A stretch of 63,790 nucleotides of DNA, filler included, from Octopus bimaculoides (GCF_001194135.2; 4 parts of 4 records of this genome joined end to end with filler, not necessarily neighbours in it); one strand, 5' to 3'. Shown: positions 13,297-26,302, numbered from the whole stretch's first letter. The notes: generated by a model from the letters alone, not told the origin. Program-made: numbers and translations.

Positions 13297-13332
13297 GTTT
13301 CTGAAGAAGAGCGTCTGCTCGAAACATTAAAC
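13297..13332 (+). ncRNA. Minimal type I hammerhead ribozyme relic (Penelope-like element type), family G
   Basis: GTTT-CTGAAGA-A-GAGC(GTCT)GCTC-GAAAC-ATT-AAAC: intact core, 4-bp stem II, stem I GTTT/AAAC; cleavage triplet mutated to ATT; lies in a ~200-bp element ending in (TA)n. Confidence 0.7.
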
Positions 13333-13639
13333 CATTTTTCTCCCCTTCCCTGAGCGTCTGCTAATACTTTACATGTACCACCTCTTCGAGTTGCTATTTT
13401 TTTATGCTTGTTGTTCTTTTTCTCTGGGGATTTACTATATATCTATATATAAACATGTGTTTCTTGTAGGAACTAATAGATTTACAACTGCTAGATTCAT
13501 GTTTGTTATTATACTCCACTCTGCCTGTAGGAGAGTGGCTAAGCTTTTAAAATATGCGGTAGTTTTTGTAGTTATGATATACAAATCAAATGTAGGGGAA
13601 ATTGCGATAAACGCAAGTTTATTTCATTTGTTCCTAAAT

Positions 13640-13870
13640 AAGTTTCACCATTGCTGTTTGGAACTGCAGCCATGCTGGAGTACCACTTTAAGAAGCTTAA
13701 GTCCAACAAATTGACACCAGGACTTATTCTTTGCATGCCTAGACTCAATATATCGTTTTATTTTGACGAACTGCTAGGTTACCGAGACATAAACACACCA
13801 TTAACGGTTGTGAAGCGACGGTTGTGGTACAAACACAGACACAAACACACAAATATATACATATATACAG

Positions 13871-13920
<50 letters not shown>

Positions 13921-14030
13921 GACGGGCTTCTTTTAGTTCCCGTCTACCAAATCCATCACAAGGAGTTGATCGGCTCGTGGCTATTAATTGAAGACAGTTG
14001 CCAAAGTTACCAAAGTTGCCACGTATATAT
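13640..14030 (-). mobile_element. Head C + tail F SINE (5' part lost in gap)
   Basis: gacgggcttcttttagttcccgtctaccaaatccatcaca (C core) and gaactgcagccatgctggagtaccac (F tail). Confidence 0.8.
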
Positions 14031-14704
14031 ATANNNNNNNNNNNNNNNNNNNNNNNNNNNNNNNNNNNNNNNNNNNNNNNNNNNNNNNNNNNNNNNNNNN
14101 NNNNNNNNNNNNNNNNNNNNNNNNNNNNNNNNNNNNNNNNNTGTGTGTGTGCGTGTGTGTGTGTGTGTGTGCGTACATTAATAGATATATGGCGGGTTAC
14201 CACACGCCATTTTTCGTCTACCAAATTGAATCAAAAGACATCTTCATTACAAGAAAAAGGCTCAAATAATTTAACCAACAATGTATTCTGCAGTAGGGTT
14301 ATACCAGAAATCACGTGTTTGCGCATTTGGCATCTTAATCACACAGATATTGTTGCTATTAAATATTAAATATGATCGGAAAGTAATATTGTCTAATATT
14401 TGGAAATGGAAAATATACGACTAAAACGAGACAGCCGCTGATTGGCTGATTTTTAACCTTTCATTTGCATGAAGATTAATTCTATCCTTCCTATACTCAG
14501 ATGTCACGCAGTCTGCCAGTAACTACTTTACTCTCTTTCCCAGTACAAGTTGTTCATATAAGTAAATCTCTTGCCTGTATACGAAACGAATCGCTTATCA
14601 TCGTGAAAGTGAATTAATATTGTATGAGCTGAAGATGTAATACTAATTTTTAGATAAACCTAATACTGTAAAATGAAGCGTTATCTCAAAGAACTATTAA
14701 AATG

Positions 14705-14765
14705 TAATAATAATAATAGTAGTAGTAGTAATAACAACAACAACAGCAACAACAACAACAACAAC

Positions 14766-14817
<52 letters not shown>
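14705..14817. repeat. Compound (AAT)n/(AGT)n/(AAC)n microsatellite
   Basis: Directly visible. Confidence 0.95.
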
Positions 14818-15518
14818 TATTTTTGTCTTTTTAATATTCACCAAATGAAATATAATATGATATATAATACCTGATACTGCAGTGCGTATACTGTGAATGC
14901 AGCTTTCTCTATATATGCATTTAAAAGTCTGTGTGCACGTGTTTTTTTCATGTTTATACATATATGTGTCTATTTGTGTGTGTGTATTTGTGTGCGTGTT
15001 TGTATGTATATATCTGTACATGCTTTTATACATAAACATATTTATATACAGATACATACACACACAGAGACACACATAATTTTAATACAATCTGGATAAT
15101 AACTTTGTAGAGTGCATTTCAAAGCTCTTCTCCGATTATCGGCTATCAAATTTTATCAAGAATTGTATATATATATAAAGTATAAGGGCGCACGCATGCG
15201 GGTACCTACTAAAATTGAAAGCTAAAGCCCTCGTTGAGATAACGCTTCATTTTACAGATTACACAGTAGTCGGGCGAAATGGATCTGCTATCTCTGTTTT
15301 TGTCTTTTACTTTTTATCCGTCGCTGAATCTGTCAATCATCATAGATGCATCGATGGATTGAAAATATGGAGACGACTGGACATTAAAACATGTAACAAC
15401 ACTTGTAACACACCTATATTAATGTCGTCGTTATTATCAACTATTTATTTTGCCTTCGATAATAATAGCAATATTAATATTAATATCCATATAGATATTC
15501 AATCCTGCATATTTGCTC

Positions 15519-15585
<67 letters not shown>

Positions 15586-17256
15586 TTAGATTCAAAATTG
15601 AATGTGGCACTTCAGTTTAGGCACCAGAGTGTAGTATGGTATTACCCAAACAATTCGAAAAACAAGGTGATCAAAAAAGCAACACGGATTTTCAAGGTTA
15701 TTGCAGTACGCACATTTCATGCTACTCCATTTATTTAAGTAATGCGAGCATTACATTAAATGTAAAATGCTCATGGGGGCATATTTGACTGTGTGGTAAG
15801 AATCTCAAGAAGTTTCCATAGATGCACGCCATCAAGGAAAATACAGGTTTGTTGTTTGGAAATTAGGGGATAGTTGCAAATATGTGTTCCTGGCTCGTCA
15901 GGAAGCGTATCCAACCTTAATTCCAGTAGCCAAGTGATTTAGACGTATTCAAAAAGAGTAAAACACATTATGGCACGCGTTCGATTTTCAAAAGGTATAC
16001 AACCATTTCGATCCCATTTTTGTAGGCATACTTTAGAGCGGATCACGATCTCCTTTATGTCATATACTTTAAGACGTTAACGGGTTGTATAAATCAGAAT
16101 TGGCTGCTCTTTCTAGGAATCCAGTAGGGACAACTTGAGAGATGTCAGTGAGACATTAGAGCTGACGCTAATGTCTTATGTATATTTAATGTTTCGAGCA
16201 TGAGCAAAATCTTATCTTAATTTTACACCGAAACCTCGACCAAACCTCAGAAACCGCAACTTGGTCAACACTCAAGTAGAAGTCGAATGTCGTTTAAACG
16301 AAAATTAATTGATTCCATTCAGTAAAGACGAGCAGCCTATGTTGTGAATAATTTCTGTTAGAGATCAGCTTCAGGGTTGCATTAGATCCTTTATTGGTTG
16401 TTCCTATACAGTCAACAATTTAGTGCTACACAGATTTAGTTAGTTGACTTTATACAGTTTATTGTAAGTCAGCGGTCACAACGTATGAAGTAACAAATAA
16501 TATTTCGCTTTAAAACCTCAGGCATATTTCGTATTTTGAAGACGAGTGAGCAGATAAATAGAGGAACTAAAAGCAGCATCAAATTATTTATCTTATATCG
16601 TATTTTATGAAGAATACAGTCACTTGCTACAGGTTTACAAACGTCCAATTAGTGGTAAGTTGCAGCTAACATAGCGAAAATAACAAGGGATTGTGTTTAA
16701 CAGGAGATATTTCATTTCGAAAGCAGCAATTTATCGCTTTACAAACACCCACGTATCAAGTTCCTGAGCAATTTTGTATGCGAACAACTTCACTTCTATT
16801 CACGGTATAATTCATTTCTGAAAACGATAATCGGCAAATGTTATTGAATTTTCCATAGATTTATTCTTGAGATGTTCAATCTTCAATCTTCGTACATTAT
16901 GCGCACAACAGCGTGAGTTGAGCATTTTGAGAATATTCTTTGCGTGTTTTGTTTGGATCAGGATAGTTATGCTAGCCCGCAAGGCATGAGAAGATGGCGT
17001 TTTAAACAATAATCTTTACAAGTCTCCATAGAATGATGTCGAAGTAATTAATGCGCTATCGTAATTACTATAATTATTGATTCATAGGCGACGGCAGGAC
17101 AGATACAATGCACTTTTGAGATGTTCTCTACAAATTAATTCTTTCTAATACAGGAAAAAAAAAGCAACATGTATTTTTAATTGAAAAAAGGATTATAATG
17201 ACTTTATAGATGTGTGTGTGTGTGTGCGTGTGCATGTGTGTATTTATGTATAGATG

Positions 17257-17289
<33 letters not shown>

Positions 17290-17879
17290 CTGTGTGTGTC
17301 TGTGATGGAGTGTATTTGTGCACGTGTGTGTGTTTGTGCATCCGTGTTTGTTTGAGTGTGTAGCCGTCATATCATAAGTGATATCGAGGAAATACAATAA
17401 TTATAGTTTAGCTTCTGTCAAATTCGCAGTTCCTTCTGCCCTTCCATTTCAATCTCGTGCTGGTTACTGTTGCTTCTTATGCTTACATTCTTCCATTTTG
17501 TAATCGCAGGAAGCAATTTACTGAAACAAAAATGTGCACATAATTTGATTGACGGTCGTTTCGCCCATGTTGTAAGCATTGTAGTATTAATGTACTTGTA
17601 TATATGCTGTTTTGATATTTAGATTGTTAAAACAGTAATTCATTTCAATTGAAAAGGAAAAATAAATTCTTAATGAAGATTAAAATGCTTACCGGCTTGA
17701 TTAATTTCTGCTTCATTTCCTTTCAATATCGAACAATAGAAAATGTTTCCATGCTATGAAAATATGTCGGCTATTCTTACAAATGCTTGGCACTTTCAAC
17801 CGCTTCCAACCTCACTTATTATGTCATTGGGTAAGAGTTACATAAAGTCCATAATCGAATTACATTCAGGAATTTCAGA

Positions 17880-18080
17880 TGGGAACTCCGTCGGTTACGA
17901 GATTCCGCCTGGAACACCGAATGGGACAAGGTTAGTTCCTTGAACTACAGGTAAAGCTCATTTTTGCTACCTGAGTAGACTGGAGCAAAGTCAAATAAAC
18001 TGTCATACCCAAGAAAACAAACTTGCCGCCAAGAATCTCGCTCATCACCGTAAGACCGTGAACAGACTACATATAACCAA
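17880..18080 (-). mobile_element. Degraded family A variant SINE (A2)
   Basis: ggaactccgtcggttacga...gacaagg...actacaggtaaagctcatttttgc...gagtagactggagcaa; matches the reverse complement of 40150-40395. Confidence 0.6.
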
Positions 18081-18089
18081 TTAATAAAA

Positions 18090-19133
18090 AATAAAGTAAA
18101 ATGTACGGTTACTCATCAATAATGAATTATATTGTTTTAAGCCGACGATGATGAAAATAATGAAAGTAATGACTGCACAGCAAAGAGGACTTAAAAGCCT
18201 TCAGGTGACGCCTCTTCTTGAGGTATTTTAAGGGATGTCGTATCTTTCTGCAAGGCTTTCTTAGAGAGCGTGAAGAAAATTCTGATGGGAGGTTACTGTC
18301 ACTGTTTCTTCATGGTAGTGAGGAGAGTTTTATATGTCTGCATGGCAGCATCGATGGCATTTTTAAATTGGAGAGACTGAAACATATAGGGATCCTATGC
18401 TTCCAACTTGCCTTGCAATTCCTCTTACTGTCCTTAAAAAGTCAGACAGACTTTCGATTGTCATGCCCCCTGTATCCTCCTCTTCCTCTTCCTCTGAATC
18501 TGGCGCTTCCTCCTCTTCTTCCCTGGCAGAATCCGACAATTATTCGTCTGTCAAGGTTTCAGAGTGGGCATCGACGAGATTGTTGACCTCATCTTGCGTG
18601 ATGTCGTCAAAACCTTCGCCTCCAAGTACCTCTGCCAGTTTCAGTGCATTGTTGACAACCTCGCGCTGAATAAACTTTAGGTGAGAAGTCCTTGTAGTTC
18701 TGGACACACACTGGCCACAACTTCTTCCAGTATGCGATGAAGGTTTCTTTTGCCATGTCTTTAAGAGTAACGTTTCGGCTGATAGAGAGAGAGAAAGAGA
18801 GAGGGAGTGAAAGAGAGCGAGAGAGAAAATGAGAGTCAGAGAGAGAGAGAAAGAGACAGAGAGAAAGAGAGTGAGAGTGAGAGTCAGAGAGAGAGAAAGA
18901 GAGTAAGAGAAAGAGTGTGAGAGAGAGTGAGAGAAACAGAGTGAGAGAGAGGGAATGAGAGAGAGAGAGAGAAAGAGAGTGAGAGAGGGAAAGATTGTCA
19001 CGAAAGAAGTCATAAAAAATTGCGGGCGATATTTACGAGCCGGCGAATATGCGGTGGTTTCCGCGAACAATTATTCGTTCCGCGAATAACCGGAACCGCG
19101 AATGCCGAAACGCGAATAAGCGGGAGTACACTG
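18090..19133 (-). mobile_element. Tigger/pogo-type DNA transposon, internal-deletion derivative with transposase C-terminal relic
   Basis: Left end on the minus strand TA|CAGTGTACTCCCGCTTATTCGCG (Tigger-like TIR, TA at 19134-19135); broken frames give WKKLWP, LAEVLGGEGFDDITQDEVNNLVDAHSETLTDE, DPYMFQSLQFKNAID (18230-18780); the second TIR was not found. Confidence 0.8.
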
Positions 19134-19206
19134 TACACGAAATCAGATACATCGGGGCATGTATACTCGGTAATAAAACATATACGAATTTTCCAGGACC
19201 ATGAGT

Positions 19207-19510
19207 AAGTTCAGAAATATCTTTTTATTCAATGTTGAAGGGAAAACATTCTTCAATGTGGCTGCAAAAAGTTTGATGGAATACTTCCTGAGGAATTACT
19301 ACTTCGATACCCCATTTCAGAAAGAACGGAGCCAAATGCATCATGGTGACTGAAGCAATTAGCTGCGGTGACCAATTTAGTCAAAGAAACCCTAGAGAAT
19401 AAACCAGACCTGACAGTCTCCTGCGTGGATATTACGAATGCCTGTGGGATCCTATCACATAGGCTGGTTGCAGAAGCTCTGAGAAGGGAACACACCTTAA
19501 GAAAAAGTCC
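19207..19510 (+). mobile_element. Reverse transcriptase fragment of a HERO/NeSL-like (R2 group) non-LTR retrotransposon
   Basis: KFRNIFLFNVEGKTFFNVAAKSLMEYFLRNYYFDTPFQK then, after a frameshift, TNLVKETLENKPDLTVSCVDITNACGILSHRLVAEALRR; resembles FR.ISLLNVEGKIFF...YIDTSVQK and DL.V.WLDL.NA.GS..H. Confidence 0.75.
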
Positions 19511-19921
19511 CAAAATGTGGCACCGTCCAGTGACATGTAACTCTATAACGTTCGGTCGCGATGCAAATTTCTTAACCATGTAGCTACCTAGATGCTATAT
19601 AGTAAAGTAAACATCTGACTAAATATAATAAATTATAGTATGAAATGTGTGCTTTATGTTGGCGTATCTGGCAATGTGTTTTTGTTCAAAACCGTGTATA
19701 TACAATTACGTAAGGTGTTATGCTCATTATTAAATCTCCCCAAGTATCATTATTCATCTAATATTCATCCGCACTATGTCAGAAAGTTTTGTAAAGGTGT
19801 GATATCATTCCGTTTTGCTTGATATCGTATAACTTTATGTTATTTTGTGCATGTGTATGAGTTTACGCCTGCACACGCAAACACATCATATTTGTATAGT
19901 ATATGTGTGTGTGTATGTTTG

Positions 19922-19968
<47 letters not shown>

Positions 19969-20380
19969 NNNNNNNNNNNNNNNNNNNNNNNNNNNNNNNN
20001 NNNNNNNNNNNNNNNNNNNNNNNNNNNNNNNNNNNNNNNNNNNNNNNNNNNNNNNNNNNNNNNNNNNNNNNNNNNNNNNNNNNNNNNNNNNNNNNNNNNN
20101 NNNNNNNNNNNNNNNNNNNNNNNNNNNNNNNNNNNNNNNNNNNNNNNNNNNNNNNNNNNNNNNNNNNNNNNNNNNNNNNNNNNNNNNNNNNNNNNNNNNN
20201 NNNNNNNNNNNNNNNNNNNNNNNNNNNNNNNNNNNNNNNNNNNNNNNNNNNNNNNNNNNNNNNNNNNNNNNNNNNNNNNNNNNNNNNNNNNNNNNNNNNN
20301 NNNNNNNNNNNNNNNNNNNNNNNNNNNNNNNNNNNNNNNNNNNNNNNNNNNNNNNNNNNNNNNNNNNNNNNNNNNNNNNN

Positions 20381-20411
<31 letters not shown>

Positions 20412-21420
20412 ATGTGTGTGTGTGTGTGTGTGTGCGTGTGTGTGTGTGTGTGTGTATCTCACAACGTAGAGTGTTCATGTGCTGCGGCGCATATGTAGTC
20501 GTATTATAGAGCGACTTGTCAAAGGTAATTGATCTGATCATTAATATTCTGGTAAAGTGTTAATCAGACTTCTCCACCTTTGACATTGTACCATTTCAGC
20601 TGTGTATCAGACAATGATGAAAATATCTCAGGAAGTTGTATAACGCTCTCGAAAGTCTCTTCTATTCACACACTCACAGAACGACATCTACATACCTAGC
20701 ATTCACATACATATACACTTAATGCATAAATATATAGAACTATCATTGTAGCACAACAACCTGTGAGCATATGCGTATCAAAAGTTGCATGCACTCCGCA
20801 TATATGCACACGGCATAAACGTTCTACAGCATTTTGTAATTGTATTTTCCATGGTTGCTAGAACGATAATCTTGTAAAGCATTCATGCACATTTGACAGG
20901 TGCATATAATTAGGTGCAGAAGTTCACTCCGAATGATATGATACATGCACAAATGCACACTTACGCAATTGCACACATAAAGTTCCATAGGCGCGCGCAT
21001 ACACGGACATAATGTTCTGTGGTTCGAACTATTAGGCTTGGATTGTTATAATTATTACACAGGCGTATAGAATGGTACATATCTCAATACCATATAACAA
21101 ATGCATCATACACTTCACACATTCAAAAGCACACATGCTATTATGCGTCTCTAATGCACACATATTATATAATAGAAGAGTACATTATGAAACTGAGCAC
21201 AGAAGACTAACGCACAAAAATACAATACACCAAATCATAAACTCGCATTTAGGATATACTCCAAAACAAAACAGTCATATAAGGCGGTGAATTATTTTGA
21301 AATGAGCGCTATTGTGCAAGATGTGAAACAGTATACTTCATGATAAACATTAGTGTCTAGTCATGCTTCTGTCACAAGCAGAATAATATAACTTTATGCC
21401 ACAGAATAGAACACAGAAAA

Positions 21421-21585
21421 AGCGGCGAGCTGGCAGAAACGTTAGTACACCGGGCGAAATGCTTAGTGGTATTTCGTCTGCCGCTACGTTCTGAGTTCAA
21501 ATTCCGCCGAGGTCGACTTTGCCTTTCATCCCTTTCGGGGTCAATTAAATAAGTACCAGTTACGCTCTCGGGATCGATATAACGG
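21421..21585 (+). mobile_element. SINE family B (tRNA-like head + CCTTTCATCC central domain)
   Basis: AGCGGCGAGCTGGCAGAAACG (A-box-like), GAGTTCAAATTCC (B-box), GTCGACTTTGCCTTTCATCCCTTTCGGGGTC...AAATAAGTACCAG; central domain resembles the Meta/MESC-type SINE domain (recalled, unverified). Confidence 0.9.
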
Positions 21586-21589
21586 GTTA

Positions 21590-21734
21590 AGTCGAATGAA
21601 ACAACGTCATTATTCCTTCCTTTCTATTTGTAAGCTTGTACTTATTCTACTGCCCCTATTGCCGAACGACTCGTTGCGGGCACGTTAAAAAGTCCTTACT
21701 GCTTATATAGTTACACTGGGGACAAACACAGAAA

Positions 21735-21772
<38 letters not shown>

Positions 21773-21910
21773 ACGAGCTTCTTTCACTTTTGTTCGACCA
21801 AATCCGAGCCTATAGTACATGGCACTCGTATAAATGGCCGCGTAGTGGGATTGAACTGGGAACCATGTGCTTTGGAAGCAAATTCATTACCACTAACCAC
21901 ACTTGTGCCT
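21590..21910 (-). mobile_element. Head C + partial tail F SINE
   Basis: cgcgtagtgggattgaactgggaaccatgtg...gaagcaa...accactaaccac head; acgagcttctttcactt core. Confidence 0.7.
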
Positions 21911-22559
21911 ATTATTTATATTCGCCGGTGAACTGCTCCTGATTTATATGCTTTCAACCTTTCGGGAAAACATATTTCACGCTTCAAAAATTTAATTAAA
22001 CTTGCTTGCGAACATTTACCAGATATTAAGTTGCACTGAAATATACGATCCATATATATATATATATAGATATACACACATTACGTTGGTTTACGCATAA
22101 TATATCAAAACTTTATACTATTGACAACATTCTGCTATTGAATAAAATGTTGAACACTTCTCGTAGTAATCAAATTAGTAGCTCCACTTTCGGAAATTAC
22201 TAATATTGATATTTAGACAAACGGATTATCTACCTACTTTACTGAGATTGATGAAGTGGTGTAGAAACATATGTTGAGACGCTAATACTTGTTGAAAAAC
22301 GATTCGTCATTTCTTTCGATCTATGAAAACATAAATAAATTTGACATTTGTATATCTACGATATACAGAAACACACATACACGCACACATTTGAAGTGCC
22401 AGTTTCTTTTGGGAAACAATAGGCTCCGATGAAGCTATAAGATGCTATTCACGTACTCAAATATGCGTCCTGTAGTAGTAGAAACAGCCGTAAGCCAATG
22501 AAGTTCATAAAACAATCATGTATTCCTTTATAATCTCCCTCTCTTATTATCGCTCTATG

Positions 22560-22780
22560 CCGTGTCTGTGTGTCTCTGTTTGTCCCCCCACTATCACTTG
22601 ACAACCGATGTTGGTGTGTTTACGACTCGTAACTTAAAAGATGTACAAAAGAGACCGATACAATAAGTACTAGGCTTACAAAGAATAAATCCTGGGGTTG
22701 ATTTCTTAGACTGAAACCATTGAAAGCTGTTGCCGCAGCATGGCCTCAGTCAAATGACCAAAACAAAAGAATAAGAGTGT
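22560..22780 (+). mobile_element. Tail F SINE segment
   Basis: gtgtctgtgtgtctctgtttgtccccccactatcacttgacaaccgatgttggtg...aataagtactaggcttac...cagcatggcctcagtcaaatgac. Confidence 0.8.
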
Positions 22781-23416
22781 ATATCTATGTAAGTAAGGAC
22801 AAACGTATTAGAGAGTGATTGTGAATGTGGACTGTATGTGTGTGTGTGTGTGTTTGTGTGCTTGTTTATGTATGAGTACTTGTGTTTGGATCTCTGTTAA
22901 TATATGCTAAATGCAAACGAATGTGACCACCATTACAAACGGTGTTTATCTTCTATGAAAACTCGTGTGCTTATCATGCTGTTCGTTATTCGAATCAATA
23001 GCGGACATAACACCTCACTTGCGAACAAGTGTGATTTAGCAACCACAACATCGACCAGCCGCATGTAGGAATGCTTGCATAAGTATGCATGTATGCATGT
23101 TTCTGTGTATGCTGTATATATGTATGTATATATATATATATAATTACACACACACACACATNNNNNNNNNNNNNNNNNNNNNNNNNNNNNNNNNNNNNNN
23201 NNNNNNNNNNNNNNNNNNNNNNNNNNNNNNNNNNNNNNNNNNNNNNNNNNNNNNNNNNNNNNNNNNNNNNNNNNNNNNNNNNNNNNNNNNNNNNNNNNNN
23301 NNNNNNNNNNNNNNNNNNNNNNNNNNNNNNNNNNNNNNNNNNNNNNNNNNNNNNNNNNNNNNNNNNNNNNNNNNNNNNNNNNNNNNNNNNNNNNNNNNNN
23401 NNNNNNNNNNNNNNNN

Positions 23417-23447
<31 letters not shown>

Positions 23448-23960
23448 TGAGTGTATGTATATGGGGATGCTCTCCGAGTGTGTGTGTATGTTCTCTGGCG
23501 CGTGTATGAATATGTATATGTATGGCATTCTATCTGCACTTACCTCTTACCTATTTGAAGGAGACGCGGGAAATATATCGTCACCCTTCCTCTCCAGGTT
23601 GTAACATGGATATTTTCTTATAGAAGGACAAATGCTGCAGGAAATAATTATGGACTAGATGAAGAGAAGGAACCATTTACTAAATAAATAATGCATTTAC
23701 CGTCGCCGCAATGAAGAAATGCCAAATGAACCTCGGTGCATTTGAGAAGGAGCGGAAGCACTTAAGCGAATCTGCCGACTGACTGCCTTATATGTGTGGG
23801 TGTACACATGCACACGCACGCTCACGTATTCATCTGTGCCTGTATGTTTGTATGAATGTATTTATTCATGCATGTATGTATGAACGTATGTATGTATGTA
23901 TGTTTGTATGTTTGTATGTATGTATGTATGTTTGTATGAATGTATTTATGCATTTATGCA

Positions 23961-24500
23961 AAGCGGCAACCTGGCAGAAACGTTAGCAGTATTTCGTCTG
24001 CCGCTACGTTCTGAGTTCAAATTCCGCCGAGGTCAACTTTGCCTTTCATTCTTTCGGGGTTGATAAATTAAGTATCAGTTACGCACTGGGTTCGATGTAA
24101 ACGACTTAATCCCTTTGTCTGTCCTTGTTTGTCCCCTCTATCTTTAGCCCCTCGTAGGCAATAAANNNNNNNNNNNNNNNNNNNNNNNNNNNNNNNNNNN
24201 NNNNNNNNNNNNNNNNNNNNNNNNNNNNNNNNNNNNNNNNNNNNNNNNNNNNNNNNNNNNNNNNNNNNNNNNNNNNNNNNNNNNNNNNNNNNNNNNNNNN
24301 NNNNNNNNNNNNNNNNNNNGTATTTCGTCTGCCGCTACGTTCTGAGTTCAAATTCCACCGAGCTCGACTTTGTCTTTCATCCTTTCGGGGTCGATTAAAT
24401 AAGTACCAGTTACGCACTGGGTTCGATGTAATCGACTTAATCCCTTTGTCTGTCATTGTTTGTCGCCTCTATGCTTAGCCCCCTGTAGGCAATAAGTAAA
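23961..24500 (+). mobile_element. Tandem family B units across a gap
   Basis: Unit gtatttcgtctgccgctacgttctgagttcaaattcc...ttaatccctttgtctgtc...gcaataa repeated at 23989-24165 and 24320-24495. Confidence 0.85.
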
Positions 24501-24789
24501 TATGTATTTATAAATGTTTGTATTTATGTATGTATATATGTGTGTACGAATGTATTCATGCATATATTTTCCAGATCAGAATTAAACTGGAGATTCGATT
24601 ATAAAAACTGTATTATTATATCAGAATGTTTTACACGTCTCTCACTAGAATATACTAGTATGTTAAGTGGTAATCATCATAAAGAAAGTCGTGTAATCAC
24701 CAAATGCATCAGAGTATCAGAACAAAACCGTAAATTACTCCATTGCACCGTGTAACACGATCTTTGTCTTTTGGTAGCAACTAGTATTT

Positions 24790-25130
24790 CCTATTTCCTT
24801 ACTCTCAGACTGCATAAAAGATGGCTCATATTTCCTTCGAACTTTGCTTTTGTTATAGTATTTATTAAAACCCTAAAGAATCCCTCTCAACACAGAGCTA
24901 TGATGCTTCCCTACTGATCCCACTCATGATCGGAGATGTACATATTGTCAGCCGCTAAATGACATGTTCAAGTAGTTAAGGTCAAGTAACTGACACGTAG
25001 ATCCGTGGTGTTGAGCAACATACTTGAATAAACGATAGTTTTGCTTCAGTAACTCAGAGATTAATCTGTCTGAAATGTAATGGAAAATAGATCAGTTTTC
25101 AAACATCGATGTCCAGATCACAAAAGCAAA
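24790..25130 (-). mobile_element. Degraded copy of unclassified interspersed repeat H
   Basis: aaccctaaagaatccctctcaacacagagctatgatgcttccc...gacatgttcaagtagttaaggtcaag aligns with 51890-52040. Confidence 0.65.
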
Positions 25131-25264
25131 GTTTTATGGGGATAATTGTCGTTTCCTTTGATTTCTAGAGAGAAGCTAATATGGACATATTTTCAATCAA
25201 GAAAAGATACCCGACTTCCGATACACACAAAAGTAAATATTCCTTTGTGTTCTCTCATTTTATT

Positions 25265-25649
25265 GTTGTTGTTGTTGTTAGCACTCCGTCGCTTACGACA
25301 ACGAGGGTTTCAGCTGATCCGATCAACGGAACAGCCTGCTCATGAAATTATCGTGCAAGTGGCTGAGCACTCCACAGACATGTGTACCCTTAATGTCGTT
25401 CTCGTGGATATTCAGCGTGACAAGGCTGACCCGTTGAATTACAGACACAACAGAAACAGGAAGAAAGAGTGAGAGAAAGTTGTGGTGGAAGAGTACAGCA
25501 GGGTTCGCCACCATCCCCTGCCGGAACCTCGTGGAGCTTTTAGGTGTTTTCGCTCAATAAACACTCACAACGCCCGGTCTGGGAATCGAAACCGCGATCC
25601 TATGACCGCGAATGCGCTGCCCTAACCACTGGGCCATTGCACCTCCACA
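25265..25649 (-). mobile_element. tRNA-derived SINE family A with TSD
   Basis: Full body; (CAA)n tail; direct repeat ctcattttatt at 25254-25264 and 25650-25660. Confidence 0.92.
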
Positions 25650-26032
25650 CTCATTTTATTATTCCTACTATTATCATAACCAGTGCTGCTGTGAGAGTCA
25701 TCACTCTAACCATCGAGGCCTCGATCGAGGCCACCTTCGAGGCCACCATCGTCATCATCATCATTGGCCTTAGCATCCCTGAACGTTATCGTNNNNNNNN
25801 NNNNNNNNNNNNNNNNNNNNNNNNNNNNNNNNNNNNNNNNNNNNNNNNNNNNNNNNNNNNNNNNNNNNNNNNNNNNNNNNNNNNNNNNNNNNNNNNNNNN
25901 NNNNNNNNNNNNNNNNNNNNNNNNNNNNNNNNNNNNNNNNNNNNNNNNNNNNNNNNNNNNNNNNNNNNNNNNNNNNNNNNNNNNNNNNNNNNNNNNNNNN
26001 NNNNNNNNNNNNNNNNNNNNNNNNNNNNNNNN

Positions 26033-26270
26033 CATCATCATCATCATCATCATCGTCATCATCATTATCATCATCATCTTCATCATCATCATCAGCTTCA
26101 TCATCATCATCATCAACGTCATCATCATCATCATCTTCGTCATCATCATCATAGTTATCGTCATCATCCTCGTCGTCGATCTCATTTTAGCACTTGCAAA
26201 CGTACGACATCGCTCTTCAGTAAAAATGTATTCGCCTAACCAATAATATCCCAGCCAATAATATTATCCA

Positions 26271-26302
<32 letters not shown>

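Noticed and set aside
20517-20585. TGTCAAAGGT/ACCTTTGACA-bounded hairpin, miRNA-sized
   Set aside because: Large internal loop and bulges, and no match to any miRNA I recall.
23961-24500. Repeated ~180-bp units considered as a CRISPR-like array
   Set aside because: Units are whole SINE bodies with no unique spacers and no cas genes; eukaryotic context.
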